Assembly: GCA_021847065.1 (NCBI GenBank)
Contig: JAJZVR010000001.1
Coordinates: forward strand, 1-41,402
Source of the DNA: Planctomycetota bacterium
GTDB taxonomy: Bacteria > Planctomycetota > Phycisphaerae > WQYP01
Direction: 5' to 3'
DNA length: 41,402 nucleotides
This document shows, one piece after another, positions 28,711-36,899 of this stretch. The position numbers and the translations under genes are program-made. How positions within the stretch are numbered: the first letter of the stretch is position 1; each line of letters starts with the position of its first letter. The notes below the pieces were generated by a model that was not told the origin of the DNA, did no database searches, and was given only the letters and a program-made list of their open reading frames with translations.

Positions 28711-29739
28711 GTGGGTAGCCAGCGACAATATGAGCCAGCGATCATTCCCACCATGGTGCGGGTGGCGAGAGAGTTTAACGCCTGGCGACATGAGAAATGG
28801 CGAGATCGTACATTTCAGAAGGTCGCGGAAATGACCAAACCAATCGGATCAAAACTCTATCCGCGCGAATTGGAAACGGAGAAGCCAAAACATATCAGTG
28901 CCTCCCGCCTGTGCCGTCTCGCTGCCTGGGCAAATCCTCACGATCAAGACCGAGACCGCGCCGTGATGCCGCAACGGCATGAATTGCCCATTCTCGCTGA
29001 AGTTATGGGGACAACATTCGAAAAACTTACCCAGTTACCGAGTCCCTCTGTAGTAATTAAGCCCGACACATCCGCTGATATAGAACTTCAAGTGACATTT
29101 CGCACCCTGTTGTCAAAACATCTTGCAAATAGTTCCGAATTATTGGGGTGGGCTGAATTCCTGCCGTGTTCCCTGGAAACACCGGATTTCATGCGGCAGC
29201 ATCATCAGTCAATATTTACGCCCTTGTATGACGGCGACCGAGAAGGTCTACAGAAGGTATTGAAAGAATACGACGAATTGGGCGATATACGGCGCGCGGA
29301 ACTACAGAATGCCGGCTCTACTCGGCCATGGAAATTTTCAAATTTGCTATTCAAATCAGACTTTTTGCAGGTCGTGCAATCGCCCAGAACAGCATCGCAA
29401 TACCGCTACTGCACCAAATCAATACGCCGGGCATGTTTAGATCAACTGGCCAGTTTTGTTGGCAATCCAACGTGGAAAGTGACGCTTGCAACCGTTCTGG
29501 ATGCGAAGGCTTCGAGACTGAAAGCTCGCCTGCGGGATTATGATTCATTGGTTATTGTCATCGGACACAACGGAGAAGCAACGTTTGGCTGGAAACGTAA
29601 CCACCGCGGCGAGCTTTGGTTTACTGAACGGCCAGTGGAACTCAAGAAAGACCAGCAACTGCTTGAGACATTACGGCGACGAGCCACAGTCTACACCGCA
29701 GCAAACCTTCAGCAGATGAAGAAGCGTTTGACACGATAG
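28711..29739 (+). CDS. Putative regulator: degenerate XRE-like N-terminus plus DUF5753-like domain
   Basis: LPILAEVMGTTFEKL resembles an HTH end; EFLPCSLETPDFMR..LDQLASF..VTLATV resembles DUF5753. GGAG RBS before GTG 28711; start uncertain. Confidence 0.5.
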   Translation: MGSQRQYEPAIIPTMVRVAREFNAWRHEKWRDRTFQKVAEMTKPIGSKLYPRELETEKPKHISASRLCRLAAWANPHDQDRDRAVMPQRHELPILAEVMGTTFEKLTQLPSPSVVIKPDTSADIELQVTFRTLLSKHLANSSELLGWAEFLPCSLETPDFMRQHHQSIFTPLYDGDREGLQKVLKEYDELGDIRRAELQNAGSTRPWKFSNLLFKSDFLQVVQSPRTASQYRYCTKSIRRACLDQLASFVGNPTWKVTLATVLDAKASRLKARLRDYDSLVIVIGHNGEATFGWKRNHRGELWFTERPVELKKDQQLLETLRRRATVYTAANLQQMKKRLTR

Positions 29740-30102
29740 CGATAATTCACTGGGACAATAGCAGACACTGACAGCAACATGTACAGCTTGCCGTTAAAAA
29801 TGCTTGTCGTATCATTATCGTTTTAAATTCTCGGGGTGAGGAATTTAATATGCTGTGCAGCCTCGTGCGCGTGAGTACGTCCACCAACTCTGCGCAACGG
29901 CGGATAGTTGTCGGCTGAAAGTGAGCGCAGTAAAATATAATGAATCGCCGAGGGAATGACTGAATGTGGCAACTGAAGACGATTGAGTGTAAAGCCGAAT
30001 GCGGCTTTAGGCGTCAGTAAAGGCCAGGCGGAACTATGTCTCCCCCGGAACGACGCTCAACGGATCGGTTGCGGTGCCACCCGCTTTGTTCATCGAATCG
30101 GC

Positions 30103-30876
30103 ATGGAGGAAAAGTTGAGTACGCCGATCCCTCAACTCTCCTCCCTCTTACTGAAAACCAAGGGCCTTCCCGCCATTGGTCCTACGGTTTCGTTATGGCT
30201 TAACCTTGTCGAGTCGGAGACAGAGTTTTTGGCGCTGTGTACCGCGCTGCGCGGGATTCCGGCGAACTGGGTGGACTGGGCAGAAGACATTGTCAACCAG
30301 AGGATCGCTCGCGGCGTAATCGTGTTGAAACCATTGCCTTATCGGTTGGCTATATTGCGGAATGGTATGGTCAACCTCCAAGAATGCAAGTACCTTGTGG
30401 ATGCGATGGAGAATGCTCTGCGAGTGGAGGCTCTTGAGCACGCGCGAAAGGTGAGGATTGAGCTAGGTGATATCACGCATCGCCTGCCCGACTTTTCCAA
30501 ATACAACCCAGCTCCTACCACACTTCCAGCATGGATCGCATCAAGCACATTCTCTCATCTGACCGAATTGTTTACTCGGAATTGGACCTATGTATGGATA
30601 TCTTTCGTGCCGGGCAAGGTGAGAGTTCCGGGCTTTTGGCAGGTATTTCAAGATAATAAGCACTGTCGTGACGTTAATCAATTTCGAAGGGCAATGGCCT
30701 CCGCAAGACGCTACCGTAATGACATTGCGCATACGAGAAGGCTGTTTACATTCACAGAAATTCAGCATCTGTACAATGATATGTCTAACTGGTTTGAAGC
30801 AATGCACTTGGATATTGGCTCGCGGGTAAAGAACTATCGAAGTGTGCGACCGAAGTTTCTTGATGGCCTCATGTAG
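30103..30876 (+). CDS. HEPN-domain (Swt1/Abi-like) putative RNase
   Basis: MENALR..TFSHL..W..F..RRYRNDIAH carries the RxxxxH motif. Start uncertain (ORF open from 29983). Confidence 0.7.
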   Translation: MEEKLSTPIPQLSSLLLKTKGLPAIGPTVSLWLNLVESETEFLALCTALRGIPANWVDWAEDIVNQRIARGVIVLKPLPYRLAILRNGMVNLQECKYLVDAMENALRVEALEHARKVRIELGDITHRLPDFSKYNPAPTTLPAWIASSTFSHLTELFTRNWTYVWISFVPGKVRVPGFWQVFQDNKHCRDVNQFRRAMASARRYRNDIAHTRRLFTFTEIQHLYNDMSNWFEAMHLDIGSRVKNYRSVRPKFLDGLM

Positions 30877-31049
30877 CAGAACATCGTAATCACCCGTCCA
30901 GACCATGACGGTAAACGCTTGACAGGTAATTTGCAAACCTGACAATATTCAGTCGGTGCGCAAGTCAAAGCGAGGCCGATGACACTGATGACGCCGCTGG
31001 ATTTATATATGAGAAGTTCATAAATTAGCAAAAAAGGGTTATTCACGCC

Positions 31050-31802
31050 ATGAACAACAAATCAGGTAGAGATTCCCGATTAAATGGTCTTGAGATAGTA
31101 CTCGCGGGCGGGTCTGGCGGTCTCGGTTCCGAGGCAGCGAAGTTGCTGGCTCGCGATGGGGCGAGGCTATTCGTGAGCTATTGTCATAACAAAGGCCGTG
31201 CTGTGGAACTTGAGCGGGAGATCTCTTCCACCCCTAACGCTGAAATCAAGATCATCCGGGCAGACATCACGAAGCCCGCAGATCGGACCCGTTTGCTTGA
31301 TTCAGCACCGAACTTGTATGGCTTGGTCGTGCTTACAGGCATACCCGCACGAGGGGCCGAAGACTGGGAACAGTCACTAAGTGTCAATTACAGCGGTCCC
31401 ATTCGGCTCGCACGCGAGGCCGCCGAGAGGATGCGAATCAAAAAGACAAAAGGGTCGATCATCTTGATGGGAACCTTGCAAGCTGTTCGGGGCTATCCGG
31501 GAATTCCGAACATGGCATACGCAGGTGCGAAGGCCGCGTTAATCCACGCTGGGCGGATTCTGGCGAAGGAGTTTCGCAGCCCAGACGAAATACGAATCAA
31601 CACTATTAGCCCTGGTGCAATAAGGGCGGGAATGGCAAAGAGTAGCATCAATAGCGGTAAGTACAATTTCTGTTTAGTGGAGAACCTGATAGCGCGATTT
31701 GGCGAAGCGAACGATGTCGCGCAAGCTATACGGTTTTTCCTAGAGCCCGAAAACTATATCACCGGCCAAAACATTCTAATTGACGGTGGATTAGGTCTCT
31801 AA
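31050..31802 (+). CDS. SDR family oxidoreductase
   Basis: AGGSGGLG, ADIT, YAGAK (YxxxK), IRINTISPG, YITGQNILIDGG. Confidence 0.9.
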   Translation: MNNKSGRDSRLNGLEIVLAGGSGGLGSEAAKLLARDGARLFVSYCHNKGRAVELEREISSTPNAEIKIIRADITKPADRTRLLDSAPNLYGLVVLTGIPARGAEDWEQSLSVNYSGPIRLAREAAERMRIKKTKGSIILMGTLQAVRGYPGIPNMAYAGAKAALIHAGRILAKEFRSPDEIRINTISPGAIRAGMAKSSINSGKYNFCLVENLIARFGEANDVAQAIRFFLEPENYITGQNILIDGGLGL

Positions 31803-31828
31803 TCTTGGTGATCGGAAAGGCTCTATTT

Positions 31829-33040
31829 TCACCAAACATCCACGCGCGGACACTGCCAGTTTTTGATTAACTCCCGCCATGCTTCAGGCGAGTGATCCTT
31901 CATGAATTGACTGGCAGCCCATGCAGCGTAAATGAGGGCGGCATTCTTGTCAGTTTCCTTAAGTGGCTTGTTCGCCCAGTTAAGGCCTGCACTCACGCGT
32001 GCCAGCAAGAACTGGGCCTCAACGGCCCCCTTCAGACTTAATGTATCGGTTTTGTTTGTCCACTTTTCAACTTCTGTCCTGAGACCGCGAATACAGCTAA
32101 GAAGGCAACTGTCCTTTGGACAAACCTCCTGTGAGTCTGTCTCCAAGGCAACAAGCAGGTTGTAAAGGCGTTCCCGCTCAACGAACCGTTCCGGTTCATT
32201 GAGCAGAAGAGACATCTCCAAATACGCGTGATCGTACAGGAGGAATCCCTTGCGTGCCTGCGCGAAATCAATTAGCCAAAAATCTTCTGTGCCGGGCTTC
32301 CTTGGTACCATAATATTGCGCAAATGTAGGTCGCAATGAAGCATTCCTCGAATCGGGTGCAACGGATATACACTCTTGCCCGCGTCTGTATCGCAAAATC
32401 TGAGTGGATTTATCAAGGGCCGCTCAAAAAAACAAAAGACTTGTTTTCTACCCGTGATGCTACCGGCTGTAGCCCTAAGGTTCGCCCCCTGTAGTCGGTG
32501 TCCTGACCATTGCTGTATGAAATCGCGTGCCATTTGCGGCTCGCCTTCATGTGGTGGAGGGTTCCACTCTTCAAGCAGCGATCGCGAGACCGCTCGAACG
32601 CAAGATTCGAGATTGCCAGCATCTTTGGTCTCCGCGGATTCAATCCCTTTCATCGCGTGGCCAGCAATCTCATACAGGAGGGCCACTGTCCTACCCACCG
32701 TTCGGGGCGGTTTTTTAAGAGCTGGCATGTGTTTCTTGGCAAATGCAGAATTCCATTTCCGGGCTTCCTCGTGGTGGTCAGCTTCTGTGGTTTGCTCATA
32801 CTCGGACTGGGAGTCGAGTTTCAGCACAAATTCCCCATGGAGGATTTCTTCTCCCTGTCGGTTACCATTTTCTCCCCCATTACGAGCTACAGAACGTTTC
32901 GCTAGACCGATGGGTAGCACTAGCGCTCCAGTGAATCCCTTCGTAAAACGCTCTCCCAGAAAGTATGCATTCCCCGCGAACCAAGTTTTTTCAAGGTCCT
33001 TAAACAATGGCTTAAATCGTTTTGGAATCGTACTGTTCAA
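31829..33040 (-). CDS. Protein-kinase-like / phosphotransferase-fold protein
   Basis: GFTGALV, FVLKLD, HCDLHLRNIMV catalytic loop, WLIDFA. Confidence 0.78.
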   Translation of the reverse strand: MNSTIPKRFKPLFKDLEKTWFAGNAYFLGERFTKGFTGALVLPIGLAKRSVARNGGENGNRQGEEILHGEFVLKLDSQSEYEQTTEADHHEEARKWNSAFAKKHMPALKKPPRTVGRTVALLYEIAGHAMKGIESAETKDAGNLESCVRAVSRSLLEEWNPPPHEGEPQMARDFIQQWSGHRLQGANLRATAGSITGRKQVFCFFERPLINPLRFCDTDAGKSVYPLHPIRGMLHCDLHLRNIMVPRKPGTEDFWLIDFAQARKGFLLYDHAYLEMSLLLNEPERFVERERLYNLLVALETDSQEVCPKDSCLLSCIRGLRTEVEKWTNKTDTLSLKGAVEAQFLLARVSAGLNWANKPLKETDKNAALIYAAWAASQFMKDHSPEAWRELIKNWQCPRVDVW

Positions 33041-33192
33041 TTCCAGCCTCTTTGCCGTAAAAGGGCTTGTCTCACGATCCGCTGAAAATGGAGAGCAGCA
33101 CTGGTAAACGATAGGTTAGCCAATTTGATGCGTTCTTTACGCACATCGTCTTTTGCAAAGAGTTTAGCAAACAACCGTTGTTGGTTTACCAT
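33037..33192 (-). CDS. 51-aa basic peptide coupled to the kinase gene
   Basis: AAAGGAG RBS plus ATG 33192; MVNQQRLFAKLFAKDDVRKERIKLANLSFTSAALHFQRIVRQALLRQRGWN; its TGA overlaps the kinase TTG start. Confidence 0.55.
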   Translation of the reverse strand: MVNQQRLFAKLFAKDDVRKERIKLANLSFTSAALHFQRIVRQALLRQRGWN

Positions 33193-33550
33193 GGATAATT
33201 ACTCCTTTGTACCCTCTACAGATCGACCACGACATAACCCATTCTTGACCCTTTGGCATCGCCCAAACAGATAAAATTGACTTACAATGCATGATATCGC
33301 TCTGGACTTCTCGTGTCAAAAAATTCTTTCGGCTGTCTTATACGTTATACGCGAAGTCAACCACCGGTAATAGGCCAAGGCAGTCAATTGCCCTTGCGGC
33401 TTGACGAGCCGGTACAATCAAGGATGCGGTAGCGGATTACCCGTAGTCCTGTTCTGGTTACATTCCATCTGGTTTGCTCCCAGAGGCGATGTGCAATTGG
33501 AACGCATGCGGCCTGCCGGGAAGACCGTGCCGCTGCTTTCTCCGGCACTG

Positions 33551-34132
33551 CTACCGTTCCCACCTCCGGCAGTACTGCCGGTGGTAGTCGCGGATGAACC
33601 GATCGTACTCCCCGGGCGTGTCCTGTTTCTTGACCAGCAACTTGGCCAAACTCTCGGATACCTGGATCATCAGCCGTTTCATCTCCTCATCAGAGATACG
33701 CCCGTCGGCATGGATATCTTCGATGAAGCCATTGCGGAAGGCGTAGGCACACAGTGCGTTCGCCTCGTCGCGCAGCGTGAACGCCACTGGCATAGCCACC
33801 GCCTCTAACGGCGATGGCAAGTCTACACCAAGCAGGTCCTTGACCTTCGCCGCTCGCCGGTAGATTTCGTCCATTCGTACACCGAACGCAGATTCAAGTT
33901 CTCGGTTCAGTATACCGGGAACGCCTACGCCGCGGCTACCTACCGCATAGACAATGCCCCCGGCCCATCCTGCCGGCTTCTTTACCAATACATCTTTTGC
34001 CTGTTTGTGGGCCAGCAACAAATCCAAGGCTCTCAACGCGCGTTCCTGCAACGCCTCATCGGGGTGGGCGTCAAAGAATCGGTTCAAATGTTCACGGATC
34101 GCTATATCGCGATTCTGGTTGGTCGTATTCAT
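33551..34132 (-). CDS. Hypothetical protein (DUF6398-like N-terminal half)
   Basis: KPAGWAGGIVYAV..ELESAFGV; GGAG RBS before ATG 34132. Confidence 0.6.
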   Translation of the reverse strand: MNTTNQNRDIAIREHLNRFFDAHPDEALQERALRALDLLLAHKQAKDVLVKKPAGWAGGIVYAVGSRGVGVPGILNRELESAFGVRMDEIYRRAAKVKDLLGVDLPSPLEAVAMPVAFTLRDEANALCAYAFRNGFIEDIHADGRISDEEMKRLMIQVSESLAKLLVKKQDTPGEYDRFIRDYHRQYCRRWER

Positions 34133-34224
34133 AATCACCGCTCCGGTTACGATTGTACTGGATAGCCATCTATCGGTCGGTGGCTTGATTTTTACCACCA
34201 TTAATCAAGGCCAGTCCAACATTG

Positions 34225-35169
34225 CTACGTGATGCCAAGACAATGCAGGGCGGCGGCAGTCGCCACGCCGACGCCAACCTGATTGGCGACTTGCCAAACC
34301 CATGTTCCCGCCTTGGCTAAATACTGGAAGGCGGCGGGACCATCGCCGCGCTTGGCCGAATTCTCCGCCGCAGCGATCGCTCCGAGCGCAATATCGTGAT
34401 CCGCGTCAACAGCCCTTGACTTCAACGTGGCACGAAGCTTTTCTAGTTCATGCGTGAGTGCGTTCAAATCGATACTACCGGATGATTGACTCCAGATTTG
34501 ATTGAATGAAATATTCTCTGCGTGTGCGCCTCGACCAACTGCGGCTGCCTGACCCACCATGTAATTGTCGCCCATGATCATGACCGGTGCCGATGGCCTG
34601 CTCTTTCTCCGACCAGATTGAGCACTGAGTTCTTCCGCCATGGCTTCAAGGCAGTTGGCTATGTCCTCGGCCACCTCTTTCGGATCGCGGTATTTCCCGA
34701 AGTTCTGGTGCCACTGCGTGAAGTAGTCACAACCGATCTGAAACTCATCAAGCAACGTCCGCAATGTATTTCCACGCTCCCGCACCGTCGGTCGTGGATG
34801 TTTCCGCGCAAGCTCGGCTGTTTCATATAGCGCCTTCTGGATGTCGAGAAATCTCGGCGTCATCCGTCGGTACGATTCGGTCAATTCCTCATCCGGCTGT
34901 GCAAAGTGATCGCATTCTTCTTCCGCGACATATGCGAACGCTTTGCCGTTCCTGTTCGCATAATTCAGGCGATCTTCATGCTGATACACCCATACTGTGT
35001 CATTTGCAATCGTCACATAGCAGCAGTTTCCATATTTCTTCGCGGTTTCCTCAAGGAATGCCAGCCACAGCGGACATACATTTCGGAAATTACCGGGAAG
35101 TGATTTCAGCGCCTTCGCCAATGCAAGTTCGACGTTAGGAAACGCACCATTGGTTGATGACGTGGACAT
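34225..35169 (-). CDS. Hypothetical protein with a recurrent C-terminal helical module
   Basis: Long ORF ending DLNALTHELEKLR..AAENSAKRGDGP..LAKAGTWVWQVA. Confidence 0.7.
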   Translation of the reverse strand: MSTSSTNGAFPNVELALAKALKSLPGNFRNVCPLWLAFLEETAKKYGNCCYVTIANDTVWVYQHEDRLNYANRNGKAFAYVAEEECDHFAQPDEELTESYRRMTPRFLDIQKALYETAELARKHPRPTVRERGNTLRTLLDEFQIGCDYFTQWHQNFGKYRDPKEVAEDIANCLEAMAEELSAQSGRRKSRPSAPVMIMGDNYMVGQAAAVGRGAHAENISFNQIWSQSSGSIDLNALTHELEKLRATLKSRAVDADHDIALGAIAAAENSAKRGDGPAAFQYLAKAGTWVWQVANQVGVGVATAAALHCLGIT

Positions 35170-35474
35170 ATTCAACACCGTCTATCTCGGGCACCTTACC
35201 GCTGAGGGTAGGTAACAGGCCCGGAAAAGTTGAATTATAAACCAGCGGGAAGGCGTGGCCAATCGTACGGTCTGCGGCGGTAAGAAATCATGAGATTTTG
35301 AGACTGACACGAGTAACTCTTTAATACATCGCCACTTTAGGGTGGGGCTCTAAAATGGTCTCAAATACCATGACACTGTGGTGCGCCAAGCAGACTACTG
35401 CGATATATCCTCCAGCGGCGCATGTTTTAACGATTCCACGCCATTGCTGTTTATGCCATCAGGATTTTTGACGA

Positions 35475-35684
35475 CTACTTTGTATCGCCACCGGCAGCGG
35501 TGTCACTATTGAGCGCCGTAGTATCATTATGTGGCACGGTAGTGCTCGCGTCCGCATTCGTGGTCGTGACGGGCGCGTCTATTAATAGTGTTTCCAATGG
35601 GACCGGCGGTGTAGTAGTTTGTGCAGATCGCTGCTCATAGTCGGTCCCAGTGAGGACTTTCTGAATGTAACTTGAATTCGTCAT
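35475..35684 (-). CDS. Small Thr-rich hypothetical protein
   Basis: AAGGAG RBS; ATGA overlap with the upstream ORF. Confidence 0.5.
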   Translation of the reverse strand: MTNSSYIQKVLTGTDYEQRSAQTTTPPVPLETLLIDAPVTTTNADASTTVPHNDTTALNSDTAAGGDTK

Positions 35685-35914
35685 AGTTGGCTCCTTTCGT
35701 CATTTTTCTTGTCGGTAGACACCGAAGCTTTTCTGATCATATCTGGTTGCGCTGATTGATGCGTTTCATTCAGTGTTATTGGTACTTCCGATGCAGCTCT
35801 GAGGAGGTCGTCCAATGGAACCTCTGGCATTGCTGTGCGCGCACTAAACTGAAGGTATTCAGTTTTATTAATCTCACTCGTTCGATCGGTTCGTTCGTCA
35901 TTTGGTTCGGTCAT
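35681..35914 (-). CDS. Small hypothetical protein
   Basis: GGAG RBS before ATG 35914 (MTEPNDE); overlaps both neighbours. Confidence 0.5.
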   Translation of the reverse strand: MTEPNDERTDRTSEINKTEYLQFSARTAMPEVPLDDLLRAASEVPITLNETHQSAQPDMIRKASVSTDKKNDERSQL

Positions 35915-36434
35915 ATGAAATACTCCATGAAAAAGATGATGAAGGTGCTGCGTTCTGATGTGGCGAAAGATTGAGCACGCCAAACACGAGCATGCAAATG
36001 ACCCCAAGAAAAAGGCATATCATCGCTGCCCAGTTAAGATAGTCTATCCAAGGATTCAATTTTGGGTCGCCGAGTCTGTCCTCGTTATATTTTTGGGTGA
36101 AGTCTGTTTTGTGTTCCTTGATAAGTCTGTCAGCCCGTTCGATTTCCTCAGTATTTGCTCGATACGTTGTGCGAAGGTTAAATAAAACACATGCTGCTGC
36201 CGAAGCGAGAAAAAACCACGAAAATAACAAAAATTGTGGGCATACTGGGGACTTCCCAAAGACACTCAAAAGCGTCAGCGAAAGAACCAATGCCCCACCT
36301 GCTCCTGCGAGTGTGTATTTGTCAAAAAGTCCTACTGACTTTCGCCGTGCAACTTCCCACTGAATGCGGATTTCGGAATACTGCTTATGACTTGCCCGGA
36401 TAGCATCCTGCAACTGCTGTTTATCTGCTTCCAT
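35898..36434 (-). CDS. Membrane protein (3 TM)
   Basis: FDKYTLAGAGGALVLSLTLL plus two further hydrophobic segments. Confidence 0.7.
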   Translation of the reverse strand: MEADKQQLQDAIRASHKQYSEIRIQWEVARRKSVGLFDKYTLAGAGGALVLSLTLLSVFGKSPVCPQFLLFSWFFLASAAACVLFNLRTTYRANTEEIERADRLIKEHKTDFTQKYNEDRLGDPKLNPWIDYLNWAAMICLFLGVICMLVFGVLNLSPHQNAAPSSSFSWSISYDRTK

Positions 36435-36899
36435 TCTCAGAGTCCGTTCACGAAAGCCGTCAATGACTTAACCTATTGTATCAAGACGTGGGATGTGTCT
36501 CCAGTAATCCAGAATTTCCATGAGATTGCCTTGCACCGGGCCAGTTTAGCGTTGCTATGGTGACTGTCCGTCACACTATTTATTTGACCAATACGGAATA
36601 GTGACTTCCATTTATCAAACATTCTATTGAGGACGTATTCTTGTGAGCGGACACCTACCACTCGTCTAATTTATGACATAGCAAGATAGCGTATGGTATT
36701 ATTAAAATATCATCAAATTTATTAGCATAAGCACCCTCGTAAGATGCAATACGTAAAATCTTCTATAACCATTACAATTGCGTGTATGGTCATCGTCACA
36801 GTCTTTTATCTTGGTATTGAATATGAGAAGGTATTCAATGAGAATCCAACCCTTATAGCCAATTGCATTTCGACAATACCAAACGTATCACAATAACAA

